Shown: positions 9,607 through 19,768 of the stretch, one piece after another
Layout: each line of letters begins with the position of its first letter
Numbering within the stretch: the stretch's first letter is position 1
Assembly: GCA_964585675.1 (NCBI GenBank)
Contig: CAZPEO010000001.1
Span: 398 to 64,397, forward strand
Source: an uncultured Candidatus Saccharibacteria bacterium
GTDB lineage: Bacteria; Patescibacteriota; Saccharimonadia; Saccharimonadales; Saccharimonadaceae
Length of the DNA stretch: 64,000 bases
Direction: 5' to 3'
The notes under the pieces: generated by a model
Databases searched by the model: none
Seen by the model: only the letters and a program-made list of their open reading frames with translations
Told to the model about the DNA's origin: nothing
Made by a program: the position numbers and the translations under genes

Positions 9607-12237
9607 ATGGTTAGTCGTGATACAGCACTTACAAAGATTTTCGGTGACCCGCAGAAGCGGATACTAAAGCGTCTACAAAAAAAGGTTGACCAAGTCAACG
9701 CGCTCGCGCCAAAGTACAAAAAAATGACCAAAAAAGAGCTGGCTGCTCAGACCGGCCTTCTCAAAAAACGTCTTAGCAAAAAAGGCACGACTCTCGACGA
9801 CCTGCTGCCTGATGCATTTGCGGTAGTGCGCGAGATGGCCACTCGCGTATTGGGTGAGCGGCACTACGATGTCCAGTTGATGGGATCAATGGTGCTGCAC
9901 GAGGGCAATGTTGCCGAGCTCAAGACGGGTGAAGGCAAAACGTTGATGTCAACACTGGCAGCCTACCTCAATGCGCTCGAAGGCAAGGGGGTGCATATTG
10001 TGACCGTCAACGATTACCTCGCGCAGCGTGATGCTGGCTGGATGGGTGAAATTTATGCTGCTGTCGGGCTACAAACAGGGGTGATTATTAATGAGGCGTC
10101 GTTTGTGTATGATAGCGAATACGACAACCAGCACCACACCGACCCGCGTATGAAAAAATTACGTCCAGTTACCCGCAAGGAAGCCTATGCAGCAGACATC
10201 ACCTATGGTACAAACAATGAGTTCGGGTTTGACTACCTCCGTGATAACATGGTCAATGACGTAGAGCTGGTTCGCCAGCGTGACCTGCATTTTGCGATCG
10301 TAGACGAAGTAGACTCGATTTTGGTAGATGAAGCACGCACGCCGCTGATTATTTCTGCGCCTGCTGCTGAAAACCCAGACTCATACTACCAGTTTGCAAA
10401 GGTCGCTGCCAAACTTGTCCCCGAAGACTATGTACTCGACGAAAAACGCCGTAGTGTCGCACTCAGTGACGTCGGTGTCGAAAAGGTCCAAAAAATGCTT
10501 GGTATCAAAAACCTCTACACACCCGACTATGTGCGCAGTGTCTATCACATGGACCAAGCGCTTAGGGCGCAGACGCTGTTTCATCGCGACAAAGACTATG
10601 TCGTGACGGCTGACGGAGAGGTGATCATCGTCGACGAGCACACTGGCCGTCTCAAACAAGGTAACCGCTACAACGAAGGTCTCCACCAAGCGATTGAGGC
10701 CAAAGAAGGCGTGCCCGTGCTCCAAGAGAGCATGACGCTGGCCACGATCTCGTTCCAGAACTATTTCCGTCTTTACAAAAAACTCAGCGGTATGACAGGT
10801 ACGGCCTTTACTGAGGCCGAAGAGTTTCAACAGATTTATTCACTCGATGTCGTCGTTGTGCCACCAAACAAATCGCTCGTGCGTAAAGATCACGAAGACC
10901 TTATCTACAAGACTGAAAAAGGTAAACTCAAAGCCATCGCCCAAGCAATAAAGGAGTACCACAAAGAAGGACGGCCGGTTCTAGTCGGGTCGGGTTCTAT
11001 CGCTAAGAATGAAATGATTGCTGGCTGGCTGGACAAAGAAGGCATCAAATACGAGATTTTGAATGCCAAGAATAACGAGCATGAAGCAGCTATCATTGAA
11101 CGTGCAGGACAAAAAGGTTCGATCACGCTGGCTACAAATATCGCTGGACGTGGTACTGACATCAAGCTCGGGCCAGGTGTGCGCGAGCTTGGTGGTCTTG
11201 TGGTGATCGGTTCCGAGCGACACGAATCCCGCCGAATCGACAATCAGCTACGCGGTCGCGGTGGTCGACAGGGAGACCCAGGTGACACTCAATTCTACGT
11301 TTCGACTGAAGACGACCTGATGCGGATTTTTCAGGGTGAACGAATCGCCACTCTGATGGATCGACTTGGCGTCGATGAAGAGACTGCTATTCAAAACAAA
11401 GCCGTCAGTAAGACTCTTGAGGCCGCTCAAAAGCGTGTCGAAGGCTACAACTTTGATACGCGCAAAAATGTTGTTCAGTACGACAATGTCATCAATCGTC
11501 ATCGCAAGGTTGTCTACACGATGCGTCGCAAGATTCTCGACGGTGACAACATCAAGCCAGAGATCCAGCGGTTGCTCAGTGAAAAAATCACCGAGCTGAC
11601 CACAGTGCCCGCCAAAAACAATCCAAAGTTTAGAGATGAATTTAATGTCACTATCCCACTTGATGACAAAGTGATCGAAGAAATTGGTGCAGAGAAAAAA
11701 GATAAGCTGCGTCGTACTAAAGCTCTCGAAGCAGCACAAAAAATGTATGCAGCTAAGGAAAAAGAGCTTGGCGAAGAAGACATGCGAAATGTCGAGCGTC
11801 AGGTGTATTTGCAAGTGCTTGACAGCTTATGGATGGAGCATCTCGAAAACATGCAGCACCTCCGCGAGGGGATTCACTGGCGAAGTGTCGGCCAGCGCGA
11901 CCCACTCGTTGAGTACCGCAGTGAATCACAAAAGCTATTTGACGGTGTTCAGCAGAATCTACGCGACGAAGTACTGAGGTTGATCTATCATATCCATCGG
12001 ACTGATGCGATAGTCAACGCAGCCGCAGAGGAAGAGCGCGAGACAGAGTTAACGCGCCTTGCTGAATCTGCAGTAGAGCGTGGTGTCAACGAAGTAACAG
12101 GCGGGGAGCTCAACCGCGATCGTGATTTTGACGGTACCATTAGGCAAGCAAAGACAGCTTCGGAAGTAAATCACCAGCGCAATGTTGCTCGCAAGAAGAA
12201 AAAAGCTGAGCGAAAAAATCGCAAGAAAAAACGCTAA
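9607..12237 (+). CDS. secA: Preprotein translocase ATPase SecA
   Basis: KTGEGKT, VTVNDYLA, DEVDSIL, ATNIAGRGTDI, QLRGRGGRQGDPG. Confidence 0.98.
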   Translation: MVSRDTALTKIFGDPQKRILKRLQKKVDQVNALAPKYKKMTKKELAAQTGLLKKRLSKKGTTLDDLLPDAFAVVREMATRVLGERHYDVQLMGSMVLHEGNVAELKTGEGKTLMSTLAAYLNALEGKGVHIVTVNDYLAQRDAGWMGEIYAAVGLQTGVIINEASFVYDSEYDNQHHTDPRMKKLRPVTRKEAYAADITYGTNNEFGFDYLRDNMVNDVELVRQRDLHFAIVDEVDSILVDEARTPLIISAPAAENPDSYYQFAKVAAKLVPEDYVLDEKRRSVALSDVGVEKVQKMLGIKNLYTPDYVRSVYHMDQALRAQTLFHRDKDYVVTADGEVIIVDEHTGRLKQGNRYNEGLHQAIEAKEGVPVLQESMTLATISFQNYFRLYKKLSGMTGTAFTEAEEFQQIYSLDVVVVPPNKSLVRKDHEDLIYKTEKGKLKAIAQAIKEYHKEGRPVLVGSGSIAKNEMIAGWLDKEGIKYEILNAKNNEHEAAIIERAGQKGSITLATNIAGRGTDIKLGPGVRELGGLVVIGSERHESRRIDNQLRGRGGRQGDPGDTQFYVSTEDDLMRIFQGERIATLMDRLGVDEETAIQNKAVSKTLEAAQKRVEGYNFDTRKNVVQYDNVINRHRKVVYTMRRKILDGDNIKPEIQRLLSEKITELTTVPAKNNPKFRDEFNVTIPLDDKVIEEIGAEKKDKLRRTKALEAAQKMYAAKEKELGEEDMRNVERQVYLQVLDSLWMEHLENMQHLREGIHWRSVGQRDPLVEYRSESQKLFDGVQQNLRDEVLRLIYHIHRTDAIVNAAAEEERETELTRLAESAVERGVNEVTGGELNRDRDFDGTIRQAKTASEVNHQRNVARKKKKAERKNRKKKR

Positions 12238-12240
12238 ACT

Positions 12241-13530
12241 ATGAGACACACCACCACTGAAGTTCGACTAAAAAACGGCGCCAAAGGACTGTTGATCGAT
12301 ATTCCTGGAGCTACTGTCATGAGTTTTCAGTTCCAGTTTCGTGCTGGCAACCGCTATGTCAAACACAAGGATATTTACGAGACCGCTCATGTCATGGAGC
12401 ATATGGCATTTGGTGCCAATGCTGACTTCAAGGACGAGCATGCCTACGAAGCCGAGTTTACAAAAAATGGCGCGTACCACAACGCCTACACGAGCGATCT
12501 ATCGATGGTATACGTAGCTGATTGCGCGGACTTTGAGTGGGAAAGGATATTGCGCTTGCAGCAAGTTGCTATCTGTCAGCCGCGGTTCAATCAAACCGAG
12601 CTTGATGCTGAGAAGGGCAATGTAAAAAGTGAGCTAACAGGCTATCTCAACAACCACAATCGAGTGCTCTGGCCAAAGATACAGCAGCTGTTAGGAGAAG
12701 ATGTGTATACGTTTTGGCAGCGTCTCCAGACGATCAGTCATGTTACACTCAAAGACATTCGCGAGCACCACAAGCGCACACATACGAGTGACAACATGCG
12801 CTTTGTGATCGCTGGCAAACTTGAGGGCCGCAAAGCGCAGATCCAGCGCATACTGAATGCATGGGAGTTGCCCCGCGGAGAGCGGTTTGAGGTACCGCGC
12901 GACGAGTTGCGTAGCGCCAATCCTACCCTGATCAGGCGCAAGGAGGCCAGCAACCTGACATTTGGCTGGAGTATGACCTTGCCGCGTGAACTTGCTGATG
13001 ACGAAGCTGAAGCGATGGCATGTCTCGATCAGATTTTAACCGGCACGATGCACTCACGCATCTACGGTGCTGCCCGCAAAAAAGGCCTGGCGTACGGCAT
13101 GTTTAGCGACACGAGCGTAGGGTTCCATGATTCGTCATGGGACTTTGGCGGGCAGGTCAACCTGGACACTGCTGACGGGCTATTTGACATCATTGTTCGA
13201 GAGCTCACGGCCGTCGTGAGTGGCAAGATTACCGAAGATGAGCTCGCAGCTGCCAAGTCCTATGCTCTCGGTAGGTATCAAATGGGTGCTCAGACCGTCT
13301 CGCAAATCAGCAATTTTTACACAAATCGCTATTTCGGCGATGGTATCGTCAAGGACTATGACAAAGTGCCTGACGCAATCCGGAGCATCACGCTCGAACG
13401 TATGCTCGCCACCGCCAGAGAATTTATTGCGCACAATACCTGGGTGCTGGCTGGTGTTAGTAGTGGGGAAAAAGATGAAATCGTCGCACTCAACAAGAAA
13501 CTTGAAACAATTTTTTCTTCAAAAGGATAG
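12241..13530 (+). CDS. M16 family zinc peptidase
   Basis: Inverted zinc motif HVMEH followed by NAYTS. Confidence 0.9.
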   Translation: MRHTTTEVRLKNGAKGLLIDIPGATVMSFQFQFRAGNRYVKHKDIYETAHVMEHMAFGANADFKDEHAYEAEFTKNGAYHNAYTSDLSMVYVADCADFEWERILRLQQVAICQPRFNQTELDAEKGNVKSELTGYLNNHNRVLWPKIQQLLGEDVYTFWQRLQTISHVTLKDIREHHKRTHTSDNMRFVIAGKLEGRKAQIQRILNAWELPRGERFEVPRDELRSANPTLIRRKEASNLTFGWSMTLPRELADDEAEAMACLDQILTGTMHSRIYGAARKKGLAYGMFSDTSVGFHDSSWDFGGQVNLDTADGLFDIIVRELTAVVSGKITEDELAAAKSYALGRYQMGAQTVSQISNFYTNRYFGDGIVKDYDKVPDAIRSITLERMLATAREFIAHNTWVLAGVSSGEKDEIVALNKKLETIFSSKG

Positions 13531-13534
13531 TCGT

Positions 13535-14824
13535 ATGAAAAAAGTAGCAATTGCGTGGTATGGGGCAGAGGGACAATCGAGCTATCGCTACTACAAATCA
13601 AAAGGCGATGATGTCACGATCGTCACACCAAAAGTGAGCGAGTCATTTCCGCTACCAGAAGGAGCGCAGTCAATCACTGGCTACGATGCTTTTGCGAAAC
13701 TAAAAGGCTTCGATCTTGTCATACGGAGTGCCGGGGTGCGACCTGATACGCTCACGACCGATGGCAAGATTTGGTCAAGTACCAACGAATTTTTTGCGCA
13801 GTGTCCAGCGCCGATTATCGGAGTAACAGGAACGAAGGGCAAGGGCACAACGGCAAGTTTTATCGCGAGTATATTACGGGCTGCTGGTAAGACAGTTCAC
13901 CTCGTTGGCAATATCGGCGTGCCACCACTTGATGTATTGCCAGTGATTCAACCGAGCGATATCGTCGTGTTTGAGCTCAGTAGTTTTCAGCTTTGGGACC
14001 TTGAGAAAAGTCCACACATTGCTATTGTGCTGATGATCGAGCCTGATCATCTGGATGTGCATCAAGATATGGAGGAGTACGTCGCCGCAAAAGCAGCTAT
14101 CGTACGACATCAAACGCCAGAAGACATCGTCTTTTGCCATCCACTCAACAAAGAGTCAAATATTGTTGCCCGTCAATCCCCAGGAACGGTGCGTCACTAT
14201 GCTGACAGCGGCGAAGGCGAAGTATACATCAGAGACAGTGCTTTTTGGCGTGACAATCAACGGATCTGCCCCACTGGCGCTGTAACATTGCGTGGTGATT
14301 TCAACTTAGAGAATGCCTGTGCTGCGATCAGTGCTGCGCTGCAATATACTGATGACACGTCAGTAATTGAACAAGGTTTACGCGATTTTGCAGGGCTGCC
14401 TCATCGACTCCAATTCATTGATGAAATCGATGGGGTAAAATATTACGATGATAGTATTGCAACTACACCAGGCAGTGCTATTGCCGCGATGCGTGCTTTT
14501 GATGAGCCAAAAGTCTTGATTTTAGGCGGATCTGACAAGGGCGCCGACTATGGGCAACTCGTGAGTGAAGCGATGGACACTAAAACAAAAGTTGTAGCAA
14601 TAGGTCAGACTGGCAAACGCATCGTTGGGTATTGTGATGCTCGGGGTGTAGTGTATCGACAGGTGCTAGGGGGTATGAAAGATGCTGTCGAAGCCGCACA
14701 AAACATGGCTAAGCCTGGCGAAATTGTTATACTGAGTCCAGCAAGTGCAAGTTTTGATCAATACAAAAGTTATAGCGACCGCGGTAATCAATTCGTCGCA
14801 GCGGTGAAAGGACTAAGAGGGTGA
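13535..14824 (+). CDS. murD: UDP-N-acetylmuramoyl-L-alanine--D-glutamate ligase
   Basis: GVTGTKGKGTT, GNIG, ELSSFQL, DHLDVH, LSPASASFDQY. Confidence 0.95.
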   Translation: MKKVAIAWYGAEGQSSYRYYKSKGDDVTIVTPKVSESFPLPEGAQSITGYDAFAKLKGFDLVIRSAGVRPDTLTTDGKIWSSTNEFFAQCPAPIIGVTGTKGKGTTASFIASILRAAGKTVHLVGNIGVPPLDVLPVIQPSDIVVFELSSFQLWDLEKSPHIAIVLMIEPDHLDVHQDMEEYVAAKAAIVRHQTPEDIVFCHPLNKESNIVARQSPGTVRHYADSGEGEVYIRDSAFWRDNQRICPTGAVTLRGDFNLENACAAISAALQYTDDTSVIEQGLRDFAGLPHRLQFIDEIDGVKYYDDSIATTPGSAIAAMRAFDEPKVLILGGSDKGADYGQLVSEAMDTKTKVVAIGQTGKRIVGYCDARGVVYRQVLGGMKDAVEAAQNMAKPGEIVILSPASASFDQYKSYSDRGNQFVAAVKGLRG

Positions 14825-15735
14825 ACCAAACTAAAGGACAGCAGGCCGTAAAACGAGCATTTTCATCGAGCGATTTGGTGGTATTGGGTCTGACATTCTT
14901 TGTATTCTTTTTAGCCTCGAGCTTATATTTTGTGGTGAGTTATTTTACGAGTGCAGAATTTACTGCTGCTCAGGGTGATCCGCTCGAAATCGTAATTGGA
15001 TTGCTCGGCACTCTCATTAGCAGTCTTCTCCTATTTGGAATGATCCTCGGACTTGGTATGTTTATGGTGCGCATGCATCGCCAGCGAGTGCTTGGCAACT
15101 CACTCCAGATTGAGTATAGCGATTATGCTTGGTTGCGTGATTGGGCGAATAAAACTGCAGCTGATTTGCAGATGCCACGTGTGGAGATGTTCGTTACGCA
15201 AGATCCTATGATGAATGCCTATGCAATGGGCTTTGTACGCCCGTATATCATCGTATTAAATTCTGGTACGATTCGCTACATGACCCATGATGAAATCAAA
15301 GCGATCGTCGTGCATGAGATGGCGCACATCAAGTATGGACACACAATCGCGAGTGTGTATCTTGCGCCGTTCCTCTCGCTTCCTGTTGTCAATGTTGTTG
15401 GCAGTTGGCTGGCAGGGTTTTGGCAACGACGAGCAGAGCTTACGGCGGATAGGCTTGCGCTAGCATATACTGGCAAGCCAGAACTTGTCAAAGAAGCGCT
15501 TATCAAAGTCCATGTCGGACCAGATGTTGCAAAATCAATGAACGAAACCGCTCGTCAGTGGCTTCAGTATACCGCTGAACGTCCAATGAATCGGCTAGCG
15601 CAGACCTTTAGCTCGCATCCATTCCTTGTACGAAGAATCAGTCATATCGATAAATGGAAGTTTCTCGTTGAGCCTGTGCGCGTACAGCAAGCTACGCCAA
15701 GCCCTCAACCGCCCGTACCACCTGCTGCGCAATAG
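14821..15735 (+). CDS. M48 (HtpX-like) membrane zinc metallopeptidase
   Basis: TM helices, NAYA, HEMAH, E..AD, SSHP. Confidence 0.9.
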   Translation: MNQTKGQQAVKRAFSSSDLVVLGLTFFVFFLASSLYFVVSYFTSAEFTAAQGDPLEIVIGLLGTLISSLLLFGMILGLGMFMVRMHRQRVLGNSLQIEYSDYAWLRDWANKTAADLQMPRVEMFVTQDPMMNAYAMGFVRPYIIVLNSGTIRYMTHDEIKAIVVHEMAHIKYGHTIASVYLAPFLSLPVVNVVGSWLAGFWQRRAELTADRLALAYTGKPELVKEALIKVHVGPDVAKSMNETARQWLQYTAERPMNRLAQTFSSHPFLVRRISHIDKWKFLVEPVRVQQATPSPQPPVPPAAQ

Positions 15736-16336
15736 CTTTGGTTGGCTGCAGTATCGTTGCATTAGGGGCAATGGCCCTTAGTCTATCGGCAAGCGCGTGA
15801 TAGTGTGTGCAAGCGAGCACTATCGTGTCGCTTCCCGACGAAACACTTCTCTTTACGTCGCTCAGATCAATTTCGCTTTTACACCCATATTCAATTAGCG
15901 TAGCCCACCCTGAGGTATCGGGTTCGTCAACTATGAGACCAGCAGCGAACTCAGTCTTGAGGTTTAGATATCGTGCGCTCCGAAGGGTAAGTGGCGTTGC
16001 GAGGACGGTAATGTGCCGAGTGTGAGAGCTTGTTGCTGCAGGTTTAATCATGGGCTCAATGCCGATAAAGACAGTTGCTGGGTAGCGTAGGCGTAGGTTG
16101 GCGATGGCCGCTGTCGTGGCGGTGTTGCAGGCGATAACGATAACGGGGCATTGTTTTTGAAGTAGTGGCTGGGTGGCGTTCGTTGTTAATTCGATGATCT
16201 CATCGTTACTGCGTGACCCATACGGGACATTTTTTCGGTCGTTCACAACGATATATTCATGTTCAGGGAGAAGCTCGCGGAGCTCATCGGCCACAAACTC
16301 ACCACCGCGCCCTGAGTCAAAAATTCCAATTCTCAT
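15692..16336 (-). CDS. murI: Glutamate racemase
   Basis: IGIFDSG.GG, PYG, IACNTAT, LACTHY. Confidence 0.95.
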   Translation of the reverse strand: MRIGIFDSGRGGEFVADELRELLPEHEYIVVNDRKNVPYGSRSNDEIIELTTNATQPLLQKQCPVIVIACNTATTAAIANLRLRYPATVFIGIEPMIKPAATSSHTRHITVLATPLTLRSARYLNLKTEFAAGLIVDEPDTSGWATLIEYGCKSEIDLSDVKRSVSSGSDTIVLACTHYHALADRLRAIAPNATILQPTKAIAQQVVRAVEGLA

Positions 16337-16360
16337 AGACTCTAGTATACTAGAGTCTAT
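16335..16360. promoter_or_regulatory. Perfect 26-bp palindrome, probably a bidirectional -10 promoter for murI and prfB
   Basis: ATAGACTCTAGTATACTAGAGTCTAT; TATACT on both strands, 8-9 nt from each ATG. Confidence 0.75.
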
Positions 16361-17446
16361 ATGGAGTCTCTCAAAAAACACGCCGCTCAGTTGCGATCAC
16401 AGATCGAGCATGCTCACGAGCAACTCGCAATTACACAAAAAGCGGCAGACCTTGCACAAGTAGACGATCAGCTCGCTCATCCAAATGTGTGGTCCGACAC
16501 TGTTCGCGCCGAAGCATTATCTCGGCAGTCGGCAAATCTCAGGACGTTGATAGATCCATGGCAAAACTTGCTGCAGCAAGTGCGTGATATCGAAGAGATT
16601 ATATCACTTGGCGATACGTCGCTCTCCGAGGAGTCTCGGCAGCAACTTGAACTCCTCGAACAAGAGTATACCCATCGCCGACGTGACATGCTATTTCAGG
16701 GTCCCTATGATGGTCACGCCGCCATTATAAAAATCAGTGCCGGCGCTGGCGGCACTGATGCCCAAGATTGGACAGAGATGATCGAGCGTATGTACCTGCG
16801 ATGGGCAGAGCGCGCCGGCATGAAGATAGAGCTTATCGAGCGATCAGCAGGGGAGGAGGCAGGCATAAAAAGCGCGACGTATGCAGTGCGTGGAGTATTT
16901 GCGTACGGTAGATTGCAGAGTGAACATGGAGTTCATCGCCTCGTTCGCCTCAGTCCATTTAACTCAGACAATCTCCGTCAAACGAGCTTTTCTCTTGTCG
17001 AAGTGATGCCCGAAATTGATACACCAGACGAAGTGCAGCTAGAGGAAAAAGAGCTAAAAATCGACGTCTACCGCGCAGGTGGTCATGGGGGTCAAAGTGT
17101 CAACACGACCGACTCGGCAGTTCGAGTGACGCATGTACCGACAGGTATCGTCGTGGCTATCCAGAACGAGCGCTCGCAATTACAAAACAAAGAAACGGCT
17201 CTCAAAATACTGCGAGGCAAATTGGCACAGCTACAACTCGAACAGCACGCTGAGACATTTGCTGATCTTCGTACGGGCGAGTCAGCAAGTTGGGGCGCGC
17301 AGATTCGCAACTATGTATTGCATCCCTACACCTTGGTCAAAGATACTCGCACCAAGCACGAAGAGCGCAACGCCCAAGGCGTACTCGATGGAGGTATCGA
17401 TCCGTTCATTGACAGCTATTTACGTCACCACAGGGCGGACTCATAG
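16361..17446 (+). CDS. prfB: Peptide chain release factor 2
   Basis: GAGGTDAQDW, SPF tripeptide, GGQ, IRNYVLHPY; continuous ORF with no frameshift. Confidence 0.96.
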   Translation: MESLKKHAAQLRSQIEHAHEQLAITQKAADLAQVDDQLAHPNVWSDTVRAEALSRQSANLRTLIDPWQNLLQQVRDIEEIISLGDTSLSEESRQQLELLEQEYTHRRRDMLFQGPYDGHAAIIKISAGAGGTDAQDWTEMIERMYLRWAERAGMKIELIERSAGEEAGIKSATYAVRGVFAYGRLQSEHGVHRLVRLSPFNSDNLRQTSFSLVEVMPEIDTPDEVQLEEKELKIDVYRAGGHGGQSVNTTDSAVRVTHVPTGIVVAIQNERSQLQNKETALKILRGKLAQLQLEQHAETFADLRTGESASWGAQIRNYVLHPYTLVKDTRTKHEERNAQGVLDGGIDPFIDSYLRHHRADS

Positions 17447-17484
17447 TGGTATACTAAAGAAAAGTAATAAATGGGAGAAAAGAC

Positions 17485-18090
17485 ATGAAAAGCAAATGGT
17501 TGATTCCAGGAAGTATCGTAGCGGTACTGCTACTTATCGGCATGTGGGTTGGAGGAACATACAACAGCCTTGTTTCGCAGCGAGAAACGGTTGTCGCATC
17601 GTTTGGTAATGTCCAGACGCAGTATCAGCGACGGGCTGATCTCATTCCAAATCTTGTCAACACAGTTAAAGGTACCTCAAATTTTGAACAAGAAACCCTG
17701 AACCAAGTCGTTTCAGCACGAGCCAAAGCAACGGGGATCACGGTCGATGCGAGTAAAGCCACTCCAGAGCAAATGCAGAGCTATATCGACGCCCAAAACG
17801 GTGTCACTAGTTCGCTTAGCAAACTTCTTGCAGTGGTTGAAAACTACCCAGACCTCAAATCAACCGCAGCCTATCAAGATCTCATGAGCCAACTAGAGGG
17901 TACCGAGAACCGCATTCAGGTGGCTCGGTCTGATTTCAACAACGTCGCAAAGCCATATAACGCACGAGTTCAGAAATTTCCGACCAACCTGATCGCCGGA
18001 CTATTTGGTTTTACTCAGCGACCTTATTTCCAGGCAGACGCTGGTGCAGAAAAAGCGCCAACTGTCGATTTTGGCGCACAAAAACAATAG
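17485..18090 (+). CDS. lemA: LemA family protein
   Basis: QRRADLIPNLV, ENYPDLK, EGTENRI. Confidence 0.95.
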   Translation: MKSKWLIPGSIVAVLLLIGMWVGGTYNSLVSQRETVVASFGNVQTQYQRRADLIPNLVNTVKGTSNFEQETLNQVVSARAKATGITVDASKATPEQMQSYIDAQNGVTSSLSKLLAVVENYPDLKSTAAYQDLMSQLEGTENRIQVARSDFNNVAKPYNARVQKFPTNLIAGLFGFTQRPYFQADAGAEKAPTVDFGAQKQ

Positions 18091-18118
18091 TCACCTAGAG
18101 GAACAAAGGAGCGGTTTT

Positions 18119-19030
18119 ATGAGGTATAAGTGGCTCGGCCTGCTTATTTCGGTAGCAGTAACCTGTGTAAGCGCCACTACGGCGAGCGCACTCGCTATAC
18201 CGCCTGCACCAAGTCTGGCTGTGCCTATCGTTGACCAGACCAAGACACTTTCCGACCAAGATATCCAGCGCCTGGCCTCGCAGATCAGTGCGTCTAGGCA
18301 GGAAAAGGCATATCAAATCGGCATTTTGATGATCCCAACTCTTGGGAATGATGAGTACCTTGAAGGCTATTCGATAAACGTAGCACGGAAGTGGGGAATT
18401 GGTGAAAAAGCAAGCAGCAACGGTGTGCTTATCGTTGTCGTAAAAGACGATCGCAAGATGCGCATCGAGGTGGGCGATGGTCTACAAGGTGATTTGACCG
18501 ACGCGCGGGCTTCACGGATCATCCGCAGCGTGATGGCGCCAGCATTTAAGCAAGAAGATTATGCTGGCGGGCTGAGCGGGGCAATCACGAGTATTCAAAA
18601 AGCCGTCTCCAAGCAAGCAGACCCGGCGCTTTCTGCTAGTTCGTCGTCGTCATCAACCGGTGCGTGGGACCTGTTCCTGACAGCCCTTGTCTTCGCAGCA
18701 TTTTTGTTTTCATGGGTGAGTTCGATGCTAGCACGCAGCAAAAGTTGGTGGGCGGGAGGCATCATAGGGCTTATCATTGGCACTGCTCTACTGTTTATCT
18801 TTTCATGGGCATTGTGGGCATTTGTTGCGGCACTTGGTGTCACGCTAGGAGGATTCTTGTTTGACTATCTCGTTTCAAAAAACTATGCTTCTCACAAAGA
18901 AAAAGGCACGCTTCCGTCATGGTGGGCGGGAGGTGGTTCTATAGGAGGCGGTGGTTGGTCTTCTGGCGGTGGAGGGGGCGGTTTTGGTGGCGGTGGCTTC
19001 TCTGGCGGGGGCAGTAGCGGCAGCTGGTAG
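18119..19030 (+). CDS. TPM (YgcG) domain membrane protein
   Basis: WGIG...NGVL...RIEVG.GL, Gly-rich GGGFSGGGSSGSW tail; typical lemA partner. Confidence 0.92.
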   Translation: MRYKWLGLLISVAVTCVSATTASALAIPPAPSLAVPIVDQTKTLSDQDIQRLASQISASRQEKAYQIGILMIPTLGNDEYLEGYSINVARKWGIGEKASSNGVLIVVVKDDRKMRIEVGDGLQGDLTDARASRIIRSVMAPAFKQEDYAGGLSGAITSIQKAVSKQADPALSASSSSSSTGAWDLFLTALVFAAFLFSWVSSMLARSKSWWAGGIIGLIIGTALLFIFSWALWAFVAALGVTLGGFLFDYLVSKNYASHKEKGTLPSWWAGGGSIGGGGWSSGGGGGGFGGGGFSGGGSSGSW

Positions 19031-19084
19031 CTGGGTGATTCTTTCACCACTACGCTGTTGTGGTTATGGTATAATTAGAACAAG

Positions 19085-19768
19085 ATGATTCTGTTAGATA
19101 GGGTAACAAAAGCATATGGTAAAGATTCCTCACCAGCTCTTAACCGAGCTAGTTTACATATTCAACCAAACGAATTTGTCATCTTGGTTGGCACGTCTGG
19201 AGCAGGCAAATCAACTTTGCTCAAACTCTTGACGCGTGAAGAGAAGCCGACGAGCGGCAAAATTGTTGTTGGTGGGATCGATTATGACACCCTCAAGGAC
19301 AAACACATCCCGTTGCTTCGGCGCAAAATTGGCGTCGTGTTTCAAGATTTTAAGCTCTTGCCTCAGCGCACAGTGTTTGAAAACATTGCTTTTGCGCTCG
19401 AGATCGCAGGCATGACCAACCGTGAGATCAAAAACACTGTCCCTAAAGTCATTGAACTCGTCGGACTCACAGGTAAAGAAAAGAATTTTCCTCACCAGCT
19501 GTCGGGTGGTGAGCGCCAGCGTGTTGCTATAGCACGCGCGGTGGTGCGCCAGCCCAAAATCCTGATTGCCGACGAGCCAACTGGCAACCTAGACCCTAAG
19601 CACAGCTGGGACATCGTACGACTCCTGGAAAAAATCAACAAATACGGTACAACCGTACTACTGACCACACACAATGTCGAAATAGTCAATAAACTAAAGC
19701 GCCGCGTCATCGTGATCGATCACGGCAAGATCACCTCTGACCAAGCGCAAGGGAGTTATCGGCAATAA
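19085..19768 (+). CDS. ftsE: Cell division ATP-binding protein FtsE
   Basis: GTSGAGKST, LRRKIGVVFQDFKLL, LSGGE. Confidence 0.96.
   Translation: MILLDRVTKAYGKDSSPALNRASLHIQPNEFVILVGTSGAGKSTLLKLLTREEKPTSGKIVVGGIDYDTLKDKHIPLLRRKIGVVFQDFKLLPQRTVFENIAFALEIAGMTNREIKNTVPKVIELVGLTGKEKNFPHQLSGGERQRVAIARAVVRQPKILIADEPTGNLDPKHSWDIVRLLEKINKYGTTVLLTTHNVEIVNKLKRRVIVIDHGKITSDQAQGSYRQ

Noticed and set aside
13220-13534. N-terminal extensions in the ORF track (murD, CHAP 20538, yvcK 50017, murG 58775, rsmH 53195, lysS 846)
   Set aside because: They overlap upstream genes or promoters; family homology and RBS/-10 positions support later starts
18925-19030. G-rich tract as a G-quadruplex or repeat element
   Set aside because: Explained by the Gly-rich C-terminal tail typical of TPM-domain proteins
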